Shown: in pieces, positions 35,456 to 43,886 of the stretch
Position numbering within the stretch: position 1 is the stretch's first letter
Layout of the letters: each line of letters begins with the position of its first letter
Origin: Holophagales bacterium UBA2201
GTDB taxonomy: Bacteria; Acidobacteriota; Thermoanaerobaculia; UBA2201
Length of the DNA: 64,000 nt
Reading direction: 5' to 3'
Assembly (NCBI GenBank): GCA_002327305.1
Contig: DCUZ01000073.1
Span: 2,623-66,622, forward strand
Made by a program: the position numbers and the translations under genes
Notes under the pieces: model-generated
Database searches by the model: none
What the model was told of the DNA's origin: nothing
What the model saw: only the letters and a program-made list of their open reading frames with translations

Positions 35456-37477
35456 TCATGCCTTCTCCAGCAGTTCGTCGATGGCCTCCGCCGGGACGGG
35501 GTGGCAGAAATAGAACCCCTGGGCGTAATTGCAGCCCAGGCCGCGCAGCAGTTCGAGCTGGGCCTCCGTCTCCACCCCCTCGGCCAGCACCTCCATGTGG
35601 AGGTTCTGGGCGAGGAGGATGATGGTCTTCACGATCTCCAGGCTCTCCTCGTCCGCCCCCAGGCGGTGGATGAACGAGCGGTCGATCTTGAGGGAGTCGA
35701 TGTGGAACCGCTGGAGATAGCTGAGGGAGGAGTAGCCGGTCCCGAAGTCGTCGATCTGGAGGCGCACGTCCAGGGCCTTGAGCCGCAGCAGCATGGCCGT
35801 CGTGTTCTCGGGGTTGCTCATCGCCACGCTCTCGGTGATCTCCAACTTGAGGTCGCCGGCCTCGAGGCCCGATTCGGTCAGGGCCTTCTGGATGAAATCG
35901 ATCAGTTCGGGCTTGAGGAACTGCTTGCTGGAGACGTTCGCGCTCAGCGTGGTCTTCCGGTGCCGGGGATGGCGTTTGTGCCACGCCGCCACCTGCAGGC
36001 ACGCCTCCCACATCACGCGGCGGTCGATGGCGATGATGAGCCCCGTCTCCTCGGCCAGGGGGATGAAATCCTCCGGGAGGATCAGCCCCCGCTCGGGATG
36101 CTGCCACCGGGCCAGCGCCTCGAACCCCACGATGCGGCGGTCGGCCAGGGTGATGATCGGCTGGTAGTGGACCACGAATTCGTCCCGTTCGACGGCCCGC
36201 CGCAGGTCCATCTCCAGGGCGAGCAGGTCCATCGCGCGGGCGTGCATCTCCCGGCCGAACACCTCGTAGCGGGCCCGGCCCTGGGCCTTGGCCCGGTACA
36301 TGGCGAGGTCGGCGTCGCGCAGGACCTCCTCGGGCTTGGCGTAGTGCGGCTCGCTGTAGGCGATCCCGATGCTGGCGGTGGCGTACACCTCGTGGTTCTC
36401 CAGGGGGAAGGGCTCGGTCAGCGACTCCAGGACCCGTTTGGCCACCCGCGTGGCGTCCTGAAGCCCGGCGATGTCGTCGAGCAGCATGGCGAACTCGTCC
36501 CCTCCCAGGCGGGCGACCGTGTCCCCGGGGCGCAGGCAGGCGGCCAGCCGCTGGGAGAAACCAACCAGGAGCTCGTCGCCGAAGAGGTGCCCCAGGCTGT
36601 CGTTGACGATCTTGAACCGGTCCACGTCCAAAAAAAGGACCGCGAAGGCGTAGGTCGCGCGGCGCTTCCTGATCTCCAGGGCGTGGCTGAGGCGGTCCAT
36701 GAAGAGGGAGCGGTTGAAGAGGCCGGTGAGGCCGTCGTGGAAGGCGTCGTGGAGCAGTTGCTGTTCCGCCGCCCTGCGCTCGGTGATGTCCATGGCGTAG
36801 ACGCGCAGGACGCTCCGTTCGGGGAACGGGGAGAGGGTCTCGTGGAACCACGACTCGCCGCATTGCACCTCCCGCGCCGTCACCGTCGCCCGTCCGCCGG
36901 AGTGGGGGGCGAGCCCCTCCAGCAGGGGATGGGCCGTCCCCAGCCGCGCCAGGTCGGGGAACCGGCGGGCCGCCTCCGGGTTCTGGTAGGTGATCGCGCC
37001 GTCGCCGTCGAGTTCGATGATGGGGTGGGGGCTCAACTCGGGGAAGGTGGCCAGCCAGGCCACCTTCTCCTCCGCCGCCTTGGCCCGGATGGCGAATTCC
37101 ACGCTCTTGTCCAGGGCCTCGGGGGAGAGCATCCCCTTGGAGAGGTAGTCGGAGGCGCCCGCCTTCATGATCTCCACGGCCACCTGCTCGTCGCCCTGCC
37201 CCGTCAGCATGATGACGGGAGGGTGGAACCCCGCCGCCCGCATCTCGGTCAGCACCTTCAGGCCGTTCCAGCGGGGGAGGCGGTAGTCCAGCAGGACGCA
37301 GTCGCAGGTCTGCCGCCGCAGGACCGCGAGGCCCTCCTCGCCGTCGCCGGCCTCCTCGATCGCCGCGCCGGGCCGGGTCTGGAGGATCGCCTTCCGGATG
37401 GCGAGCCGGTCCACCAGGTCGTCGTCGATGATCAGGATGCTCAGGGGAGGGGCCGCCCGGTCGCCCACGGCCGTCAC
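35456..37477 (-). CDS. response regulator receiver - PAS - GGDEF - EAL protein
   Basis: ILIIDDD...LDYRLP (REC), GGDEF with an RLGGDEF site, and EAL (EALARW...QIDDFGTGYSSL). Confidence 0.9.
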   Translation of the reverse strand: MTAVGDRAAPPLSILIIDDDLVDRLAIRKAILQTRPGAAIEEAGDGEEGLAVLRRQTCDCVLLDYRLPRWNGLKVLTEMRAAGFHPPVIMLTGQGDEQVAVEIMKAGASDYLSKGMLSPEALDKSVEFAIRAKAAEEKVAWLATFPELSPHPIIELDGDGAITYQNPEAARRFPDLARLGTAHPLLEGLAPHSGGRATVTAREVQCGESWFHETLSPFPERSVLRVYAMDITERRAAEQQLLHDAFHDGLTGLFNRSLFMDRLSHALEIRKRRATYAFAVLFLDVDRFKIVNDSLGHLFGDELLVGFSQRLAACLRPGDTVARLGGDEFAMLLDDIAGLQDATRVAKRVLESLTEPFPLENHEVYATASIGIAYSEPHYAKPEEVLRDADLAMYRAKAQGRARYEVFGREMHARAMDLLALEMDLRRAVERDEFVVHYQPIITLADRRIVGFEALARWQHPERGLILPEDFIPLAEETGLIIAIDRRVMWEACLQVAAWHKRHPRHRKTTLSANVSSKQFLKPELIDFIQKALTESGLEAGDLKLEITESVAMSNPENTTAMLLRLKALDVRLQIDDFGTGYSSLSYLQRFHIDSLKIDRSFIHRLGADEESLEIVKTIILLAQNLHMEVLAEGVETEAQLELLRGLGCNYAQGFYFCHPVPAEAIDELLEKA

Positions 37478-37906
37478 CTACGGGATCTCGCTGAGGGTCC
37501 AGTAGAGGTTAAGCGTGGCCATGGCCTGGAGGAACTTGTCGAAGGTGACCGGCTTGATGATGTAGCCGGCCACGTTGAGGTTGTAGGCCGAGAGGACATC
37601 CTTCTCGTCGTCGGAGGTGGTGAGGACGACGACGATCAGTTTCTTCAATTCCGGGTCGGCCCGCAGTTCCCGCAGGAACTCGATCCCGCTCATTTTGGGC
37701 ATCCGCAGGTCCAGGAGGATGAGGTTGGGCAGGTGGACCATCTCCGCCCGCCGGGGGCCCCGCAGAAGGTCCAGGGCCTCCTGGCCGTTGCCCGCCACGA
37801 AGAGGGGGTTGGTGATGTTGCTCTTCTGGAACGCCCGCTTCACGTTCATCACATCGACATCGTCGTCCTCCACCAGGAGAATGCTCATGGACTGCGTTTT
37901 GGTCAC
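37478..37906 (-). CDS. single-domain CheY-like response regulator
   Basis: ILLVEDDDVD...ILLDLRMP...K. The start is at 37906 or at the MSILL at 37888. Confidence 0.8.
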   Translation of the reverse strand: MTKTQSMSILLVEDDDVDVMNVKRAFQKSNITNPLFVAGNGQEALDLLRGPRRAEMVHLPNLILLDLRMPKMSGIEFLRELRADPELKKLIVVVLTTSDDEKDVLSAYNLNVAGYIIKPVTFDKFLQAMATLNLYWTLSEIP

Positions 37907-39819
37907 GGGGGGGGCCTCCCTTCATGGGTCGGCCCGCCCTCGGCGCGGGGCGCCGGGCGGGGTTGGGGGGTTTGGGGCCATAGAAACTGGATGCGGGTGC
38001 CCTGCCCCTCGGAGGATTCCAGGAGGATGTTCCCCCCCTGGTCCTCCACGATCTTTTTTACCAGCGTCAGACCGATGCCGGTGCTCTCCATCTTGTCCCG
38101 CGCCACCAGGGTCTGGAAGATCTCGAACACCTTTTCATGGTACTCGGGGGCGATGCCGGGTCCGTCGTCGGAGACCGTGAACCGGTAGAAGTCCCCCTCT
38201 TCCTGTGCTTCCACGACGATGGTGCCGCCGCCCTTGTCGTGGTGCTTGACGGCGTTGCCGATGAGGTTGAAGAAGACCTGGTGCAGGCGGACCCGCTCGC
38301 ACGCGAGGACGGGGAGGCGTTCCGGGAGGCGGATGGTGAACCCCTTCGGAGGGTCCAGGAGGTCGAGCACCTCCCCGAGGAGCACGCGCACGTCCACGGT
38401 TTCGTGGGCCTGGCGGATGCGCCCGATGCGGGAGTACTCGAGGATGCCGTTGATCAGCCCCTCCATCCGGGCCACCCGCCCCCGCAGGAGGTCCAGGTGG
38501 CGCCGCGTCTCGTCCCCCAGCTTGTCCTGCAGGTCCTCCTCGATCCAGAGGGAAAGGTTGGCGATGGCGCGCAGGGGCGCCTTCAGGTCGTGCGAGGTGA
38601 CATAGGCGAACTGGTCCAGTTCCCGGTTGCTGCGCTCGAGCTGGCGGGCGTAGAGGGCCAGCTCCTCCTGCTGTTTCTGGAGCCGGGCCTCGGAGTTCTT
38701 GCGCTCGGTGACGTCCCGCAGGGCGCCCAGGACGGCGGGGGCGCCGTCCCATTCGATCGAGGAGAGGGAGACCTCGAAGCAGTACTGCCGGCCCGTTTTG
38801 GACTGCCCCCAGAAGGTGTACCGGGAGGGGAGCGGCTCCCCCCGCTCGCGCCCCGCGGCCCGCTCCCGGATGAAATCGCGGTCCCGGGGGGCCACCAGGT
38901 GGATGAAGTTGAATTCCGGGGCGATGGTCTCGGCCTGGCCGTACCCGAAATACTGCTCGAACCTGGGGTTGATGAAGACGAACCGCTCGTTCTTGAGGAC
39001 GTACATGGCGTCGTTGGACTGCTCGATGATGTGCCTAAACCGCGCCTCGCTCTTCTTGAGGGCCCCCTCGGCCGCGTCCCGTTCCCGCTGGCGCTCCTCC
39101 AGCCGCCCCAGCATCCGGTTGAAGGCGTCGCACAGGACGCCGATCTCGTCGTTGGAGGTCTTGGCGGCCCGGACGGAGTAGTCCTCCTCCTCGGTGATGC
39201 GGCGGGCGGCGGCGGTGAGGTTGACGAGCGGCCGGGTGATCTTCTTCTGGAGGCGCAGGGCGGCGAAGAGGGAGACCAGGAGGAGGGCCCCCAGGACCGA
39301 GGACATGGTGATGTGGTACTGCCGGACCTTGTCGCGGAGCGGTTGGGCGCTCGCCGTCAGGTAGAGGGTTCCCACCCGTTCGCCCTTGTAGTGGATGGGG
39401 TGCTCCACGCGGAGGAGGTCGTCCGGGAAGGCGCCGGAGGCCGGCCCCGGGACCCGCGGCGGGATGCCCGAGCGGCTGAAGGAGGAGAACGGCCGGCCCA
39501 GGGCGTCGGTGATGAGGGCCTGTTCGATCAGGGAGATGTCCTTGAGGCCGTTCAGGCGCTTCTGCGATTCGGACCGGATGTTGAAGATGAGGTCGTAGGA
39601 GCTGTAGTCGCCGATGACGCGGGCCAGCAGTTCGGTGCTCTCCCGCATCTCGCGCTTGAACACCCTCACGTCCTGGAGCATGATGAACGCGAACCCGGCG
39701 ATCAGCGACCCCAGCGTCACGGACAGGATGATGCCGATCAGCTTGCCCCTCAGCGAGAGCATATGGCGGCGGAACATCATGGTCATCCCAATCGGAGCGG
39801 ATTCCCCCGCGACCTTCAC
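37903..39819 (-). CDS. sensor histidine kinase (TM - HAMP - PAS - HisKA - HATPase_c)
   Basis: H-box: VTSHDLKAPLRAI. N-box: NLIGNAVKHHDKG. G-boxes: DDGPGIAPE and GIGLTLV. It overlaps the CheY gene by 4 nt. The start is uncertain among the N-terminal Mets. Confidence 0.85.
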   Translation of the reverse strand: MKVAGESAPIGMTMMFRRHMLSLRGKLIGIILSVTLGSLIAGFAFIMLQDVRVFKREMRESTELLARVIGDYSSYDLIFNIRSESQKRLNGLKDISLIEQALITDALGRPFSSFSRSGIPPRVPGPASGAFPDDLLRVEHPIHYKGERVGTLYLTASAQPLRDKVRQYHITMSSVLGALLLVSLFAALRLQKKITRPLVNLTAAARRITEEEDYSVRAAKTSNDEIGVLCDAFNRMLGRLEERQRERDAAEGALKKSEARFRHIIEQSNDAMYVLKNERFVFINPRFEQYFGYGQAETIAPEFNFIHLVAPRDRDFIRERAAGRERGEPLPSRYTFWGQSKTGRQYCFEVSLSSIEWDGAPAVLGALRDVTERKNSEARLQKQQEELALYARQLERSNRELDQFAYVTSHDLKAPLRAIANLSLWIEEDLQDKLGDETRRHLDLLRGRVARMEGLINGILEYSRIGRIRQAHETVDVRVLLGEVLDLLDPPKGFTIRLPERLPVLACERVRLHQVFFNLIGNAVKHHDKGGGTIVVEAQEEGDFYRFTVSDDGPGIAPEYHEKVFEIFQTLVARDKMESTGIGLTLVKKIVEDQGGNILLESSEGQGTRIQFLWPQTPQPRPAPRAEGGPTHEGRPPP

Positions 39820-39914
39820 CCCCCTTCCCCACCGTCCCGGGCTGATACCATAATAACATATCGGCGGGTGCGGGCCGCGCCTGCGGCAGGGGTGGCCGAG
39901 GGCCGCATAAGGGG

Positions 39915-39920
39915 TATAAT
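39915..39920 (+). promoter_or_regulatory. GGGGTATAAT -10 box 6 nt upstream of the GTG at 39927 (candidate leaderless promoter)
   Basis: Sequence aaGGGGTATAATcggggGTG. Confidence 0.4.
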
Positions 39921-39926
39921 CGGGGT

Positions 39927-42677
39927 GTGGACCTTGCGCGTTTTTCCCTCGCCCTCCTGCTTGCGGCCGTTCCGCTGGCGGCCGAGACCTGGTTCATCCC
40001 CGCGGCGGCCAATATCGGCGGCGCCTATGGGACCAACTGGCGGACGGAGGCGGTCTTCGTCAATCCGGGATCGGAGGCCGTCTGCGCGGACCTGTTCTTC
40101 CTCGAGGCGGGGAAGGACAACGCGGGCGCCGCGCCGCACCCGCTGGAAGTGCCCGCCGGCCATTCCGTCACCCTCGAAGACCTGGTGGGGACCTTCTTCG
40201 CCTCTCCCGGCCGCGCGGGCGCGGTGAAGGTGGAGGCCGACGGCCCCCTGGTCATCACGACACGGACCTACAACGACCTCGGTGAGAGCGGCACCTACGG
40301 GCAATCGGTCCCGGCGCTCTCGCCGGCGTCGGTGCTCAACCACGGCGGTCCCCGCACCCTGTTCCCCCTGGTCCAGACGGAGGCGTACAGGACCAATCTC
40401 GGGCTGGTCAACGCGGGCCCCGTGCCCGTCCGCGTCGTGGCCGGGTTCTTCGACGGCGCGGGCGACGGCCGGGAGCCCTGGAGCGTGCTGGAGTGGGACC
40501 TCGCCGCCTTCGAGTACCGGCAGGTCAACCTCGTTCTGGAGCAGGCGGGGCTCGGCGGGGCCGAACGGGCCTACGCCCGCCTCTCCGTCTCCACGCCCGG
40601 CGGCGCCGTCTTCCCCTGGGTCTCCATTGCGGACCGTCTCACCGGCGATCCCGTCTTCACCCCCGCCGTGGAAGCCGCGGACCTGACCGCGCCCCCCGTG
40701 CGGGAGTGGATCCGGGCCGTCGGCTGGAGCGGCGATGACCTGGCCCACGCGGTCACGCCCGCCGGCGACGGGGGGCTGTGGGTGGGGGGGGAGACCGGCT
40801 CGACCGGTGAGGGGACCGGCGACGCATGGATTTTCAAGGTGGACCCCCAGGGGCGGATTGGGCCGATGGCGGTCCTGGACGGGGCCGGACAGGACAAGCT
40901 CTTCGGCCTCCAGCCCCTGCCGGGGGGCGGTGCGGTGCTCTGCGGCGCCGCCACCGGGCCGGAGTCCCCCTTCTGGTACGGCTGGGCCCTGGCCGTGGAC
41001 GGGGACGCACGCCCGATGTGGAGCCGGCGGTTCGACCGGCCCGAGAGCGCCTGGCTGTACGCCATCCTTCCCATGGCGGACGGCACCTTTCGCGCCTGCG
41101 GCCAGCTGATCCCGGCCGACGGGACCCCCGACGACGCCTGGGTCCTCTCCTTCGATGCTTCCGGGGCCGTCCTGTGGCAGAAGCGGTTCCGCGGTCCCCG
41201 GCTGGATTGGTTCTACGCCATCGCTCCGGCCGGGGACGGCGGAGTGGTGGTCGCGGGGGCCACCCAGTCATTCGGCGGTCCCGATTACGACGCCTGGCTG
41301 GTCCGGTTGGACGCGGACGGAGGCGTGGCGTGGGAGCGCACCTACGGGGGGGACGGGCAGGACGCGGCCTACGCCATCGTCCGGCGTCCCGACGGCGGCT
41401 GGGCGGTGGCGGGGCAGACCGATTCCTGGGGCGAGGGGGGGGGCGACCTTTGGCTCTTCGCCGTGGATGACGACGGCCTGTTTCAATGGGGGCGGACCCT
41501 GGGGACGAAGGATTGGGACACCGCCTACGCCCTCGCGGCCGCCCCCGACGGCCGACTCCTGACGGGGGGGCAGAAGGGCTCGGCCATGGCGGGCAAAGGG
41601 GACGCCTGGCTGGCCGAGTGGGACGACGGGGGCTCCCTCCTGGCCCGCTCCGTCCTCGGCGGCGCCCTGCCCGAGCGCCTCTACGGCGCCTCGGTCCGGC
41701 CCGATGGGGGATGGCTGGCGGCGGGGCGCACCGAATCCGCAGGAGCGGGGCGCAAGGACCTCCTGCTGATCTCCTGGCCGGTCGGCTTGGTGCCCGCCGA
41801 GCCCTGCCCGTTCCAGGCGACCGGCGATTGGACTCCGAAGCCGACTCCTCCGGTCGGGCAGGCGGTCGGCTCCCTTATTCTGGTGGAAGAGGCAGACCCC
41901 CGTCCGTGGATGGAGCCCCTCCCGCCGGCTTCGGCGCCGGCCGACACGATTCTTTGCGGCCAAATCCACGCGGGCCCGTTCCGTTCCCTGGTCCCGGCGG
42001 CGGCCCGGACCGACGGGGCCTACGGCACCCGCTGGCGGACCGACCTCTTCCTCCTCCTCCCTTCCGACGGAGCCGCCGCCCGGGTGTTCTTCCTCCGTTC
42101 CGGCCAGGACAACCCCGATCCCGCGGTCGCCGCCGTGGCCGGAGGGGCCTCGGAATTAGTCCGCGTCCCCGATGTGCTGGGCTCGCTCTTCTCGGAGGAA
42201 TCGGCCTTCGGGGCCCTCCTCATCGAGGCGGACGATCCCGTGGAGGCATGGACCGTCACTTACACCGAAGGCGAAGAGGGGGGGACCCACGGGCAGTCCA
42301 TCCCGGCCTTCGCGGAGGGGGCCTGTCTGGGGAATGGGGAGGCCGCCGTCCTGGCCGGCCTGGTCCGCTCGCCCCATTACCGGACCAACCTCGGCTTTGC
42401 GGGGCCGGGGACCGCGGCGACGGAGGTCGGGGTGGAGGTGTTCGCCTCCGACGGGGCCCCGCTCGGGACCCGCTCGTTCACGCTCCCCGCGGCGGGCCAC
42501 CTGCAATTCAACGATTTCCTGCTGGCGTTCGGGGAGCGGGTGGAGGGCGCCTGGGCCGTCGTCCGTCCGGCCGGCGAAGGGGCGTGCCTGTTCGCCTACG
42601 CCTCCGTGGCCGACAACCGCACGGGGGACCCGGTGTACATTCCCGCGGCCCGGACGGCGACCCGGCCGCCCGATTAG
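39927..42677 (+). CDS. secreted 916-aa protein: two copies of an uncharacterised ~230-aa domain flanking beta-propeller-type (SBBP-like) repeats
   Basis: Signal peptide. The N- and C-terminal domains share the motifs GAYGTxWRT, GTYGQS(V/I)PA, YRTNLG and S(V/I)ADxxTGDPV(F/Y)xPA. The middle has about 6 repeats of the WGGxGxDxAYAIxxxxDGG type. Confidence 0.75.
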   Translation: MDLARFSLALLLAAVPLAAETWFIPAAANIGGAYGTNWRTEAVFVNPGSEAVCADLFFLEAGKDNAGAAPHPLEVPAGHSVTLEDLVGTFFASPGRAGAVKVEADGPLVITTRTYNDLGESGTYGQSVPALSPASVLNHGGPRTLFPLVQTEAYRTNLGLVNAGPVPVRVVAGFFDGAGDGREPWSVLEWDLAAFEYRQVNLVLEQAGLGGAERAYARLSVSTPGGAVFPWVSIADRLTGDPVFTPAVEAADLTAPPVREWIRAVGWSGDDLAHAVTPAGDGGLWVGGETGSTGEGTGDAWIFKVDPQGRIGPMAVLDGAGQDKLFGLQPLPGGGAVLCGAATGPESPFWYGWALAVDGDARPMWSRRFDRPESAWLYAILPMADGTFRACGQLIPADGTPDDAWVLSFDASGAVLWQKRFRGPRLDWFYAIAPAGDGGVVVAGATQSFGGPDYDAWLVRLDADGGVAWERTYGGDGQDAAYAIVRRPDGGWAVAGQTDSWGEGGGDLWLFAVDDDGLFQWGRTLGTKDWDTAYALAAAPDGRLLTGGQKGSAMAGKGDAWLAEWDDGGSLLARSVLGGALPERLYGASVRPDGGWLAAGRTESAGAGRKDLLLISWPVGLVPAEPCPFQATGDWTPKPTPPVGQAVGSLILVEEADPRPWMEPLPPASAPADTILCGQIHAGPFRSLVPAAARTDGAYGTRWRTDLFLLLPSDGAAARVFFLRSGQDNPDPAVAAVAGGASELVRVPDVLGSLFSEESAFGALLIEADDPVEAWTVTYTEGEEGGTHGQSIPAFAEGACLGNGEAAVLAGLVRSPHYRTNLGFAGPGTAATEVGVEVFASDGAPLGTRSFTLPAAGHLQFNDFLLAFGERVEGAWAVVRPAGEGACLFAYASVADNRTGDPVYIPAARTATRPPD

Positions 42678-42822
42678 GGACCAGGGACGGAAGGGGGCTG
42701 AGGTTAGCGTTAGAGGCCTGGGGTTGGGATAAACCGTCAGCGACCACGGACCCCGGCCTACGGCCCACAGACGGGGTATAATTCACAGGACCGGCCCCAG
42801 CGCCGCGCGAGGAGGTCCAACC

Positions 42823-43056
42823 ATGCGGTATCTCTACATCACCCTCATCGTCCTGTTCACCGCCGTCATCCTCATCTTCATGTTCCAGAACCTGGAGGTG
42901 GTTTCGGTCTCCCTCTTCTCGGCCGGCGTCACCCTCCCCGTCTCCCTGCTCGTGCTGGTCTCATACATCCTGGGGATGTTCACCGGCGGATTCGTCCTCT
43001 CGCTCGTCAAGAGCATGGTGCACGGCGCCATTCCACCCCCGGATTCCCAAAAGTAG
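42823..43056 (+). CDS. small membrane protein (LapA / DUF1049-like)
   Basis: 77 aa with two TM helices. A GAGGAGG RBS lies upstream, and a TATAAT is present at 42777-42782. Confidence 0.55.
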   Translation: MRYLYITLIVLFTAVILIFMFQNLEVVSVSLFSAGVTLPVSLLVLVSYILGMFTGGFVLSLVKSMVHGAIPPPDSQK

Positions 43057-43103
43057 GACAATCCCGCCCTCACGGGTTCATCAGGTCTTCGTATGGCAAT
43101 GTT

Positions 43104-43125
43104 GCGCCGACTCTCCAGTCGGCGG
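43104..43125. repeat. dispersed copy of the 136-bp repeat hairpin core GCGCCGACTCTCCAGTCGGCGG followed by ATTTT
   Basis: Identical 22-mer, plus the shared upstream AATGT, as in each unit of the 14302..14840 array. Here it is positioned as a terminator after the small membrane protein gene. Confidence 0.6.
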
Positions 43126-43218
43126 ATTTTACAACGCATGAAGAACACTTTGGACAACGGACTGGTGACCATAGATCAGCGACCCCGACGAGGGACACCG
43201 GACCGATCCTTCCGCGTG

Positions 43219-43224
43219 TATAAT
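43219..43224 (+). promoter_or_regulatory. TATAAT -10 box 10 nt upstream of the second ATG (43235) of the hemolysin III gene
   Basis: Sequence gtgTATAATggatccatccATG. The first ATG (43223) overlaps the hexamer, so 43235 is the more likely leaderless start. Confidence 0.4.
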
Positions 43225-43882
43225 GGATCCATCCATGCAAGCCGAATACACGCAGCGCAAGCCCTACTCGACGGGCGAAGAGGTCGCTCACGCCGTCACC
43301 CACGGCGTCGGGGCGGCGCTGGCGGTGGCCGCCCTGGTCATCCTCGTCGTCCTCGCGGCGGGGCGGGCCGACGCCTGGCGCATCGTTGCCTTCAGCGTCT
43401 ACGGCGCCACCCTCATCCTCCTGTATCTGGCCTCCACCCTCTATCACGCCTTCCCGTGGCCCCGGGTGAAGCGGGTCTTCAAGGTCCTCGACCACTCCTC
43501 CATTTACCTGCTCATCGCCGGCACCTACACCCCCATCTGTCTGGTGGCGATGCGCGGCCCGTGGGGCTGGACCCTCTTCGGCCTCATCTGGGCCATGGCC
43601 GTCGGGGGGATCTGCTACAAGATCTTCCTGATCGGGCGGGCGAAGATATTATCGGTCGTCTTTTACATCGCCATGGGGTGGCTGGCGGTGATCGCCGTCA
43701 AGCCCATGTGGATCATGCTGCCGAAGAGCGCCATCGCGTGGATCTTCGCCGGCGGGCTCTTCTACACCCTGGGGGTCGTCTTCTACGCCATGAAGGGGGT
43801 GCGCTACCACCACGCCGTGTGGCACGGCTTCGTTCTGTGCGGTAGCGTCTGCCACTTCTTCGCGATGCTGGTCCTGGCGTAG
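43223..43882 (+). CDS. hemolysin III family (PAQR/YqfA-like) 7-TM protein
   Basis: KPYSTGEEVAHAVTHGVG, DHSSIYLLIAGTYTP and HAVWHGFVL. The true start is probably the ATG at 43235. Confidence 0.85.
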   Translation: MDPSMQAEYTQRKPYSTGEEVAHAVTHGVGAALAVAALVILVVLAAGRADAWRIVAFSVYGATLILLYLASTLYHAFPWPRVKRVFKVLDHSSIYLLIAGTYTPICLVAMRGPWGWTLFGLIWAMAVGGICYKIFLIGRAKILSVVFYIAMGWLAVIAVKPMWIMLPKSAIAWIFAGGLFYTLGVVFYAMKGVRYHHAVWHGFVLCGSVCHFFAMLVLA

Positions 43883-43886
43883 ATCC

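Noticed and set aside
40826-42781. Plus-strand alternative-frame ORFs (40826..41470, 41486..42781) inside the 916-aa secreted-protein gene
   Set aside because: They are Arg/Gly/Pro-rich. The 39927..42677 frame carries the repeated conserved motifs and a signal peptide.
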